Shown here piece after piece: positions 12,301 to 24,060 of a DNA stretch of 64,000 bases. Source of the DNA: Geosiphon pyriformis uo1 (Eukaryota; Fungi; Glomeromycota). The notes beneath the pieces are model-generated. The model was not told the DNA's origin and ran no database searches. It saw only the letters and a program-made list of their open reading frames with translations. Positions within the stretch are counted from its first letter, which is position 1. Every line of letters starts with the position of its first letter. Made by a program: the position numbers and the translations under genes. Where the stretch lies: the NCBI GenBank assembly GCA_016748015.1, contig JAAOMT010000299.1, positions 1,101,924 through 1,165,923 of the forward strand, given 5' to 3'.

Positions 12301-14908
12301 GACGGCTTCTTTTAAGATTGTTTAACTGTAAAAATGAACTTGGAATTTAATCAATTTGGAAATTTATCCTACAAAGATTTACCTTCCACTCTCACTTGGA
12401 CGTAACCAAAATTTTTGACCAGTGTTTTATCTTGTTAAATGTTTTCTTGATATTGTATCTCCTGTGGCTTCCATCTTCATAATATAATCTTTGTGATTAT
12501 TTTCTCAACTCGAATATATCAAGGAGATTCTTTCAAAGGATAATTTTTTTTAGAAAATTAAAAACTTTGGCTTCCAAAAATAGCCAATATTGAATGATCA
12601 AATAGTTACAAATTAAAGATTTCAGAAGAAATTTTCTTCAAATAATTTGGTCTTCTTTAAAAGTTCTATCTTGTTATTTTGGAAAGATTTAATTGAAATA
12701 TATCATCAAAGGGTAACTAAAACAAATTGCTTTAAAAAAAATGATGATGGTACAGGCAAAATTCTTTTTTGCATGCAAATAAGTTAAAAAATCTATACTT
12801 AAATCACACCTCAACTTGTAAATTAAGGGCAAATTCAACATAAGAGTTAAAACCTGGGCACATATTTTGCTTAATTTATAAAAAGATTGTTTTAATTTAT
12901 GGGTGTTATAATGCAAGTGGAATGTTTTTATTTAGTATAAAGAAAATTTAAAAAAGATTTTTAAAATTTGGTTCTTTTTTTTTTAAATTATTCTGCATTT
13001 TTTAAATATTAATAATAATCATATTTTCGGTCTTGTTTATTTGGAAAAATTTTATTAATTTTTTGATTTGTGATTTTAATATCTGATATTTTTGAATACT
13101 TTAACTAAATTATATCGATCAATTATTGAATCTCTTTAATATTTTTTGTATTAAAAGCTAAATTTAAATTTATTAAATTTATGACAAAATTTTTAACAGA
13201 TCAAATATCATTAAATTTTGTGAGATTTATTTTTTTTTGATGCTATTTATTTATTTTAAAAATATTTTATTGATCACTTTTGAAAAAGAAAATAAATTAT
13301 CCAAAATATAAGTTAAATAACAATTAACCATAAAAATAAAGTTATATTCCATGTTATTTTTCAATTAAATTTTAATTAATATAATTTTATACATAAAAAT
13401 AATAATAATATTTATTAAAAATTGAGCAAAAAAAAAAAAAGAAAACTTTTTTGTTACTGTTGTAAAAAAAATATGAATATATTATATGTGCAATTATTTA
13501 ATTTATGAAAAACTTAATGTAATAATAATGAAAAAAAACGCAGATAAATTTTATAAAGCAGTAGAAAAATCTGTTTGATAATATTTTTAATAAAAAAAAA
13601 TTTATGGAATTTTTCAATATTTAAATTAATTTAATTATATAATTGTATATTTGAAAATTTGAAAATTTTTTTAAATAAAATATTCTGAAAAATATAATTA
13701 TTATAGGTTGATTTAAATTAAAAGAAATAAAAATTCGATTATTAAATCCTCTTTTCATGGTTTTATTTTATTAATATTAAATATAAGATAAACTTGGTTT
13801 TAAATAAATTGGATCTATTATTTTTAAATTCTCATAATGAATTTTTTTTTCCCAAATAACCAAAATAGCGCAAGACTTTATACTTTAATTTCTTTCTTCA
13901 TTTTTTAATAGATTAATATAAACCATGATAAATTTTTAATAGCAGTGAAAATTAGTAAAAGGGTTGATATTTGTTAAAAATATGATCAAAAAATATATTA
14001 AAATGTAATTTGCTTCATGTACCCTAAAAATATAATTATTAATATTTATATATAGCTGATTTTTAAAATTCCTAAAACATAAAAATAGCAATAGTAACAA
14101 AACTTCTCAAGAATAACCAAAGCCTTAAGAGGAGAATATGATTATTTGACTTAAATATTATAGTAAAAAAAAAGTAAAAGATTAATAATTACCAACAAAG
14201 CAAAGCTTTATACATCTTTTATAGAATTTTGGGAGGGTGAAAAAACCATTAATAGAATAAACGTTTGAGAAAAATAGTCGTAGTCACCTTAGTCAAAATA
14301 TAAAATATTTTTTGGAATTTTGAGGCTACAGTTGTTGGTCGTGATATAAGGTATCTTAATAACGACAGCTTGAATAATAAAAAGAGTAAAAGAATTGTAT
14401 ATTAATGGCATCCTATGGCTTATCTAAATTTTTAATAGGCTTTCTGAAGGGCTCTTTGAATTTCTAGATAAAAACCAGGAATTCCAATTTTAACTATAAA
14501 TAATTATTTGAAAAGATTTTTAGTAATCAAGCTTCATTATTTTCTTGACTTTTGTTTATTTTCTTGATTTTTTATAAAAAAATTTAATTTTACGCCAATA
14601 AATGATCTAGCAAATTCTTTTTTTAAAATAACATCCTAATTTTTAAGTACCGTAACTAAATATTATAATTTTTTTCTGATCTTAAAACATGAGATAAGTG
14701 CACACAGAAGTATGTCAATATGATGTTAGAAAATTATCTGTCATTCGGTCCCATTGCTTGATTTAAATAATAATATATGAATTACTGTAAAGGTTTTTTG
14801 ATCATCTGAACTTGTTTAAATATGGTTAAAAAAGATTTAAAAAATAGTTTGTTTTGAATTTGTTTGTCAAATAAGACTATTTTTCAGAGAGGTGATAAAG
14901 TCTTGAAT

Positions 14909-14944
<36 letters not shown>

Positions 14945-15029
14945 GTTAGTTTCTTGAGAGAGAGAAGATGGAATTATTTTTGTTTTGAAAAATTATGTTT
15001 ATAATTACAATTTTATCTAAAAAAATTTA

Positions 15030-15092
15030 AATCAAATCAAAATCAAATCAAATCAAATCAAATCAAATCAAATCAAATCAAATCAAATCAAA
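15030..15092. repeat. (ATCAA)n pentanucleotide repeat
   Basis: Direct inspection. Confidence 0.9.
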
Positions 15093-15741
15093 TGTCGACA
15101 GCCTGTCCATTCCTAATAATTTCCTTTGAGCACGGAATTTCGTGCTACTATTTCAATTATTATATATAATCCATGTATTACTTATAAATTTTTGAAAATG
15201 ATTCCTATCTATCCAGATGAAAATTTATACATAGCTTTCAAAGTTTGTAAGATTGCGAAGTAAATATCTTTTATGTTTGGAAAGATATCAAGAATATTAA
15301 AAATTATATCAATATTTCATAATTTTAAAAATGTTCTAGAACCGTCTTAAAAGTTTAAATATATCCTATCATAAGAGTTCTAATGAATTTTTTCGCCAAA
15401 AAAAAAAAATTTCGTGATAACCCAAATTTTTCTTCAATAAAAAGTTTGCCAAACATTCAAGCATCACCCATCATTTTAAAAATCTTTAAAATTCAAAACT
15501 TCAAAATCTTGCAACATATCCCTTTACTGTTTATCGCAAAACCAAAAATCGCCAAAATCAATCTCTATCACCATCTCTGTCAAGTCTAAAATTTTAATGT
15601 TAAATCCTGATATAATTATTTTTCCCATAGTCAATTTCTAAATCTTTCTAATTATAAATACACTCATCCCTCTACATAGAAAAAATTTTATTTTTATTTG
15701 TTATATAATAATAATTCTAATTTAATTTTATAATAATTAGA

Positions 15742-16365
15742 ATGAATTCAAAATGATCTTGAATTTTCATCAATCAAACTTCTTCATTCACCTAGCCCCA
15801 AAATAAATCCTTTACCAATCGAAGCAATAGTCGAAATAGTGATGTTAGTAATACAAGTGAAAATAGAATCATTATCATCATCAATACTACTTATATTCCA
15901 ATCAATTTTAATCATGAAACAGAGCTTGATCTTAAAAACGATAATCAATAAAATTGGGATGATATCATTGATTTATATTATAGCTCTGAGATTCCAGTCC
16001 AAGAGGCTAAGGTTTTATCATCTAAAAATTCTAAAAAGGCAGAATTTAGCCTCCAGAACAGTGAAAATCACTCCAAGCCAGAGACAGTTGAAAATGATGT
16101 AACAAATCTTTGGCTCTCGGCATCGGATCTCGCGAATTTTATTGCACAAAATCTGTTGACCTCGGAAATCAAAAGAAAATGGACTGAAATTGATTACAGC
16201 TCATTGAAAAATAATTTGGAGCATTTAAGAGAAATCAATAATGATTTTAGAAATAGAGTTGAAATTTTAGGTAGCGAGATTGAATCCCTAAAAAGAATAA
16301 AGAATGTGATTTTAAAAAAAAATGTTGAAAAGAAAGAAGAGATGAGGAAAATTTTGAGAAGATAG
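15742..16365 (+). pseudogene. Decayed S/N-rich protein with C-terminal coiled coil
   Basis: ATG 15742 is in frame with ORF 16156-16365. The frame has no frameshift but four stops (TGA, TGA, TAG, TAA), each one C>T step from CGA/CAG/CAA. C-terminus LKNNLEHLREINNDFRNRVEILGSEIESLKRIK. Confidence 0.55.
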
Positions 16366-16671
16366 TGATAACGTTATTAGGGGAATATTTTTAAAGCCAC
16401 ATGGCTAATTAAAATTAAATTTTTAAACAAAAGGTAGAGAAATTGTTAATTAGAATTATGTTAATAAGGAAAAAATTTTTCAAAAATAGAAATTTTTTTT
16501 TCTAATAAAAAATATACATATATATATATATAAAATTAAAACAATTACTAAAATCTTGGGAATTTAGATGAATTGTCATATTTGAAATTTAAAGAAATTT
16601 CTATCATTTTTTTTTTTTTTTTAAAAAAAATGATTAATAGTTTTAATTAGAATCATAATTTGAATCATAAT

Positions 16672-16710
16672 AAGAATTAGAATTAGAATTAGAATTAGAA
16701 TTAGAATTAG
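16672..16710. repeat. (AGAATT)n hexanucleotide repeat
   Basis: Direct inspection. Confidence 0.85.
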
Positions 16711-17265
16711 AGTTTCACTATACCTTTGTATTTTTTTTCTTTAAAATGCTTATAAAAATCGAAAAAATTATGAATATTTAAATTATTATTATAAATTTGG
16801 TTAGTATTTGTAAAATGTAAATAAATAAACTTTATATCCAAAAAAAAATTACCCCCCCCCCCCCCTCCTCCCCTATTTACATTCATAAATAATCAAATAA
16901 TTAAATGTTTATAAACAATATGACTTATTAAATTCATATGAATTAAAGGATAAATCAAATTTTTTCAACGAGAAAAACAAATTATATTAAATGTTTTTAA
17001 GAATGTAGTAGTAAAAAAAAAAACTAAAAATTAATTTTTCTAAATTTTCAATTTTACTTTGTTAAAAGTTTAATAAATAAAAATTAAAAAATTTACGTTT
17101 AAAATATTATCAAATTATAATTTTTATAAATTTTTATTATTTTTTTAAATTTAGTTTCGTTAATTCATCAAGAGAGTATTAATTTAAAATTAAAAATATA
17201 AACTAAAAATATTTATATAAAACTCAGATTTTGAATAAACTAAATGAAAGTTTTAATTTAAATCA

Positions 17266-17298
<33 letters not shown>

Positions 17299-17818
17299 TT
17301 ATTAATATAAAATTAAGGTAATAAAAATTCTTTGCGGATTTATTAGTGTTTCACTTCAAATATACATTTCCGGTGAAAAGTAATGGCAAGAACATTATTA
17401 GTATAAGTTGTCGCGTTACCAAACCTCCTTGCAGAAAAATAAAAAGAATAACACGTAAACGTTATTTTTACTTACACCTAATGTCACCTAACCTCTCATT
17501 TAATCTTATTAACCACCTTTCACAAAAATGACAAAGTTTCGGATATTCATAGTTCCGACAGCTCACAAGCTTACTATCAAATCCTGTACAGAAATCATTT
17601 CTTTATGACAGCCTCAACCGGATTGAAAGAAAAAAGTATAAGAAATGGGGACAAAAAAAAGAAGAAGCAGTGTCTCAAAAGGAGATTGTGCTTATTAATA
17701 TTTGTAACATGTTTACTTTGTTAAATTTTAATATATATATATTATATTATTGATATCAAGATATTTTGAAAAAAATATTTTTTTAGGTTTGTATTTAAAA
17801 AAAAAAAAAAAAAAAAAA

Positions 17819-17879
17819 NNNNNNNNNNNNNNNNNNNNNNNNNNNNNNNNNNNNNNNNNNNNNNNNNNNNNNNNNNNNN
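17819..17879. other. Assembly gap (61 N) between poly-A and poly-T runs
   Basis: Run of N. Confidence 0.99.
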
Positions 17880-17941
17880 TTTTTTTTGTTAATTTTTTTT
17901 TTCCATTACAAATTAAATGGCAGGAAATTTTTTTTCAAATA

Positions 17942-18017
<76 letters not shown>

Positions 18018-19029
18018 TAATAAAAAGAAATTATTCTTTGTATGTTGTTCGAAAATATTCTAAATATTGAATTCAAGATTAAATTCAAAACCAAAAAAAA
18101 ATTAGTTAAAAATAATAGTTTTATAAAATTTTAATAAAAATTTATTCTAATTAATTAATTATTTATTTTTATAAATTTATAAAAAATATAATTAATAAAT
18201 TTTTTTTAAATAAAATCTTCAATAACTTATAAATATATAAATAATTTTATATATTAAAAATTATTATTATAAAAATCAATTAAAAAAATAATTTTTATAA
18301 ATAAACAAAAATTATTTAAAATGCTTAAATTAAATAAAAATAAAAATAAAAATATTAAGCAATATATTCAAGTTTTTATTTCAAATTTTTATATTATTTA
18401 TATAAAATTAAAAACAAATAAAAAATATCTTTAATTTAATTTAATTTTTTTATTTAATTACAATTTTTTTTTTGTTTAATTATAAATTAATTTTAATCTA
18501 AAATAACTGTCAAATAACAAATAACAAATAACAATATAGATATATATGTATGTATATTTTTTCTAAATCTAATTTATTTTAAAAATCTAATTGTAAAATT
18601 AAATCATCTTTACTCATTTCATGAAATGATTTATTTAAATTTTGATTTCGAAATCTTTTATTAATTTTATATGTTTTTGAACTTTCTTTTCGTACATAAA
18701 AATAAATCAAAGTTCTTCATATAAGAAAAAAAAAATTTAAGTAAAAGACTTTCTTTTACTTTAATAAAAATGAAATTTAAGAAATTCAACATTTTTACAA
18801 TTTGAAATAAATTGTCATTAATATTATATTTAAAATTTAATATGAAAATTAAATGTAAATAATTGTTGAATTTATATAAATAAATAAATAAATAAAATAA
18901 CTACTAATATACACTTTTAAATTGACTTTCCAAATACTCTAATATTATTTTTTTAAACTATTGTAATATCACTTTTTGACAATTGAAAATTTTAAGAAAT
19001 CTTTAATTTTAAAATTATCAAAATCAATT

Positions 19030-19180
19030 TTAAAATTTTACCTTTTTTTTAAAAAAATTCCTTTTCAAATTGTACCTTTTTTTTAAAAAAATTCCTTTTA
19101 AAATTGTTCCTTTTTTTTAAAAAAATTCCTTTTCAAATTGTACCTTTTTTTTTAAAATCCCTTTTCAAATTGTACTTTTT
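19030..19180. repeat. Minisatellite, ~34-bp unit (TACCTTTTTTTTAAAAAAATTCCTTTTCAAATTG) x ~4
   Basis: Four imperfect head-to-tail copies with no spacers. Confidence 0.85.
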
Positions 19181-19771
19181 GCAAGGAAAAAGAACGTTTC
19201 AAAATTATTACCTTTTTAAGACACATTGGTTGTACTCATTTCTAAAAGTAGATTATATACATTAAACGCCTAATTTTTTGATTCAAATTGGAAATTGGGA
19301 ACGCCAAATAATAATTATTTTTAATTAAAATTAAAATTTTCTACCCAGTTTTGATTTTTAATTTTTAATCTATTTTTATTTTATTTTATTTTTTTTTTTC
19401 TTTTTTTTCTTTTTTTCATCAGACGACCGCACGTGCAAAAATTAAAATTCCGATTGGATAAAACATGACTCAATTTATTTATTCTCAAACATCAAGACAC
19501 ACGTTTTTATTTAAAATAGCGCCAAAGGCGGAACTTTTGGTCGTGCAAACGTTGCCTTTTAATCTTTTATATGCAATGCACAGATATCTTTAAAAACGTG
19601 TTATCAGTACCGTTCAAGATAGGCCCCATCGTCGATTAATCGGGTCAAATTTTGCTATTCACTGATTGCTTATATACTCCTCATACATGCATTGTTAAAA
19701 ATTATGTCATATTAAATATTTATGCAAACCTGTTTTTTTTTTTTTTTAATTCATTTGCGTTCAATCATACA

Positions 19772-19833
<62 letters not shown>
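19772..19833. repeat. (ATG)n microsatellite
   Basis: Direct inspection; it explains the poly-Met ORF 19652-19867. Confidence 0.95.
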
Positions 19834-19835
<2 letters not shown>

Positions 19836-19979
19836 GATTGCCTTTTGAACAAGTTTTTGTATCATAACTAGTAGAATGGAGGCTGTTTCGAAAAAAAACT
19901 TTTTGAATAAAAGGTTTAATTTAAAGTATAATGATAATGTTTACGAATTTCAAGTTTCAAGTTTCACAATTCTTTTTAA

Positions 19980-20610
19980 TTCTCATTGGCTAAAAAAATT
20001 CGAATTCAGCCTTTTAGTCCTTTAATTTGTCAAATTTAAAGTTACTACCCCATGTGGGGTCAGACTCATTATTCTATTGGCTAAATTTTTTAAATTCTTC
20101 AAGTATTTTAAAACCCTACTGAAACTGTTGCAATTTAGTGGCTTTTTTGTGAGATTTCATTTCTCAAAAGTTTGCATGCATATATGCATATATGCATGAA
20201 TTAATTTATAATTATTGGCTAGATTCATAATGTTTACCACTTTCCGCAAAAAAAAATAATATATATGTATAATGAGGATCATGTCCTAAAATTGAATTTA
20301 AGAGGAGAATCTTTCATCGGACAAACATTCTCAGAAATTCACTCATTAGTAATATAATTGGTCAATCTATATTGACACGTGAAATTATGATTTTCAAACT
20401 TATTTAATTGACCCCTATAAATAAATGATGATCAAAAAGTTTTTTTATGTCACTGAGCCTTAAAATTTTTGTACGTTTCCATCTACAATTATATAATAAA
20501 CTATAAAAAAATTGGCCAATTAATTTAGAGGTTTGACCCCATGTGGGGTTATTACTCGCCAATCAGATAGTATATTGAGACCGGTTTAATTTAAATCATC
20601 CAATCAAAAT
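19980..20610. promoter_or_regulatory. Putative cis-regulatory module: two identical ACCCCATGTGGGGT dyads plus a cluster of CCAAT/ATTGG boxes
   Basis: ACCCCATGTGGGGT at 20047-20060 and 20536-20549. About 8 CCAAT/ATTGG in ~620 bp; CACGTG at ~20376. Confidence 0.45.
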
Positions 20611-22406
20611 TAATCAATTTTAATTAAAGTATGACAATTTCACTTTTTTTTTTTTTTTTTTTTATTTATTTTACTGTGACAGACTAAACAAAGGGTTTTA
20701 TAAAGTTTTTCGAGGAATTTTTAATAATACATTAAATGAAAATAAAATTTTATTCTAAAAAGACTTGTAACATTTAAAATTTGTGGTATTTCCGAAGAGA
20801 GTAAATAAAGAAAAATATATCTACCTTTAATAACCACTCTCTCTCAAGTGTATTATAAAAAAATTGCCGAATCAATTATTTCGATTAATTTTAAATAAAA
20901 AGTTGACTTTTTGGTGTTTATCAAAAATCCAATTTAATTATAAAATTGAGACATAAGAATTCGAATATAAAGAATTGGATCATCCAAGAAAAAAAACGTC
21001 ATCATTACCCGAAATTAGCGAAATTTCTTACTTGTCACAAGCCTGGAAAAAAAAAAACAAAAAAAAATTTTTTTAACAAGGAATTTAAATTGAAATTTAA
21101 CTAATTCCAAAAACGTGGTCACTATCCACATTCTGATTCATGATTTTGATCTATGTGGTACTAGTGTTTGCATTTAATCCTGCATGACCCTTGCATATGA
21201 TGATCATTGAATCAATTTTGATAAATTTCGCACGTGTCTATGAATAGAATTTTAAAACGTCAGATTTTAATAGTTCATCATCTAAAGAAGTAAATTTTTA
21301 TCGCATATAGTTCATATTTTTGCCATAGAAATTTCATTGGTGAAACTAAATTCCTATGACAGCCAACAATTGGATGAAATGCAAAGCGATAACAATAACA
21401 ATAACAATAACAATAACAATAACAATAACAACAACACATTTTAATTGTTTTCCAAAATTAATCAAAACCGCATTCCGAGAGATTGTTGGATGTAAAAAGT
21501 TTTTGACTTTTCTAGCGGTAAAAGAATGAATTTTAAAATTTAATAATAATATCTTTAGTCACAAACATAAATTTTATATTTAAAAAAAAAAAACAAAAAA
21601 AACTGATCCAACTAAAGGAATATAAAAATGATTGACAGTGAAAAAGATCTTTTTTGTTTGTTTGTTTTTTTTTTGGATAATTGGCGCCAGAAATTGTTTA
21701 AAATTTTTATTTTTGAGAAAATATTAATTAAAAAAATCTAGTGTTTTTTAAAAAAAAAAAGGAATCATGAAATGGAAATTTTTCTATAGTCCTGACTATT
21801 AGAAGACCAAAAGTAAAATGGGAGGAGGGAAAAAAGGTTAAAATATCACCCAGATCTTAAAAATGTTGAAATAACGATGATACAGCGATGATAAACCAAA
21901 ATCTAGTTACGGATTATTTTTTTTTTTTTTTACGAAAAAAGTTTTAAAAACAAACGAAAAAATTATTCTAATCTATTTTTTAATAAAAATTGCTCCTTTG
22001 GAGCCGAAATCTATATTTTTAATCGTTGCCATGATTTGAAATTCGATTAATGGGTTCTCAAGGGGGTTCATTTCGCCTATTTAAAAATAAATTACATATT
22101 TATATATATATATATATATATAGAATCTATATAGCTTACATAAAAAGTGATGATGATGATAATGAAAAGTTTAGAAGCAGCTTAGTGAACAGTAAACAGA
22201 TAAAAGAGGGTGGTGGCCTACACAATTTTAGAATTTAGACATAGGATTGATTCTGAACAGAATTTTAATAAGGGAGTATTTTTAAATCGCAAAAAAGAAA
22301 ATGAATCCAAGATAGGGCTTGAATAAAGTTCGATTTTACCAACGAAAGGCTTATGAATTAAAAATAAAATAAAATAAAATAAAATAATAATAATAATAAA
22401 AATATT

Positions 22407-23119
22407 TTAAACCAGTCGAGCAATGGACATCTTTACACGAATTCGTACGCGTTCGTCCATGTTATACCAAAAATTTTTCACCATTAACGCACTTCGGCCA
22501 GGAAGATTACTTGCAATTAAAGTCCAGCTCGGGCCGTAACGATGGTACATTGTGATAATTGCACGTTTTTCGTTTAAACTAAATGGTTGCTTCTTAACTT
22601 TTAATTGAAAATTAGGAAGGTTATTTAGATGAAGAAGAAAATTTTTGAAATCAAATTTTTTAATATATAATCTTTCGTGATTGACTTACTATTTGGACGA
22701 AGGTGAGACATCCATCTAAAGAAGAAATTGAAAAAATAAAATAAAAAAAAATTAATTCACGTTATTAAAATAAAAAAAATATAGGATCATTATTTTCATT
22801 ATTTTCATTAAAATATCCAAACGAAACGAAACGAAACGAAATTAAATTTTAATATTATTTACTTGTCTCGACATTGCTTAGGATTCCTCGTATCAAAACG
22901 ACGAGCTAGTTCAGCCCACTGGTGTGGAAATTCGTCATATAGCTCATAAAGTCTTGAAATTTCCTAAAAAAAAAAAAAAAAAAAATTCCAAAAAGATTGA
23001 ATGATTAAGTTTTTCATCCAAGCTTTAAAAAAAAGAATATTTCAAAACTATATTGTTTTATAATTTACCTGATCAGACCATGCACCTTGAGTTGTGCCTG
23101 TGTTAGTGATCACGACCAT
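22407..23119 (-). CDS. Small two-repeat (R2R3-type) MYB/SANT transcription factor, 122 aa, 4 exons (23119-23069, 22963-22863, 22715-22690, 22597-22407)
   Basis: Three GT-AG introns (105, 147, 92 nt) with consistent phases give MVVITNTGTTQGAWSDQEISRLYELYDEFPHQWAELARRFDTRNPKQCRDKWMSHLRPNIKKQPFSLNEKRAIITMYHRYGPSWTLIASNLPGRSALMVKNFWYNMDERVRIRVKMSIARLV. Classic MYB motifs: GxW, W..LA, R..KQCR.KW..HLRP.IKK.PF, W..IA..LPGRS...VKNFW. Confidence 0.93.
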
Positions 23120-23889
23120 CTTGGAAATATCAAACGAAAGAAAAAAACAGAGCTCGAGTGCTATGTAAAAGGGAATATATATGTATTACCCTATTTGTAA
23201 AAAAGTATTAAAGATTCTTATATTATGAAATTACGCCAAATTAAAAGTTTTTAATGAATGATGTATGATGATTGTGATGAGGATGGAGGTAAAGGATGAA
23301 TAAGGCGATAAACTCTTGTTTTTTTTTTTAACGGGAAACTCTCGTCTAACGAGCAATCAAAGTGACTTTATGCCACTCAATCACTTTTCATTTCTTATAG
23401 AAAAAAAAAAAAGAAAAAAGGAAAGGTAGAAGCGTAAATAACGCAAAAATGGCTTACATTTATATAATCAATTTCAAAATAGCCAATTTGTTTATTATTT
23501 TTCAATGAAACCTTTTTGTAAATTCAAAAATAATCAAGAGTGTATATTTTTTTAGTATAATACTTCACAAATTATAATTGGTGTTTTCAAGCTTTGGTGA
23601 CTCACAAAGTGGGTAAGATTAAAAAAAAAATACAGGAAAAATTTTTCGAACGTGATCCGTCGTAAAGTAAAATTGTTACAATAATTTTTAAAGCCAGTGG
23701 GGGTCAGGTTCTAAGTGCAGGGGGGTACTTTAATTGATAATTAAAAAATGAAATTTAGAGTTTTGTTTTTGTTTTTATTTTTATTTTTATTTTTGTTTTA
23801 TTTTAATTTTTTTTGAAACATAAACTTTTTATTTATGTTTTAATCATTGTTATTAAAGGTTTGATTGATTAAAAGTATATAAAATATTT

Positions 23890-23985
23890 TTTTCTTTCTT
23901 TCTTACTTTCTTTCTTTTTTTCTTTCTTTCTTACTTTCTTTCTTTCTTTCTTTCTTACTTATTTACTTATTTACTTATTTACTTA

Positions 23986-24060
<75 letters not shown>
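23890..24060. repeat. Compound tetranucleotide repeat (TTTC)n-(TTAT/TTAC)n
   Basis: Direct inspection. Confidence 0.9.

Noticed and set aside
12050-12920. Coding-like minus-strand region
   Set aside because: Stops in all three minus-strand frames and no identifiable domain.
16672-16710. Interstitial telomere-like repeat
   Set aside because: The unit TTAGAA lacks the G-run of TTAGGG; treated as an ordinary microsatellite.
19030-19180. Possible CRISPR array
   Set aside because: Repeats are contiguous with no unique spacers, there are no cas genes, and the context is eukaryotic.
19548-19660. U5 snRNA-like loop (GCCTTTTA) and Sm-like AATTTTG
   Set aside because: The invariant loop GCCUUUUAC is not matched and the flanks do not form the stem.
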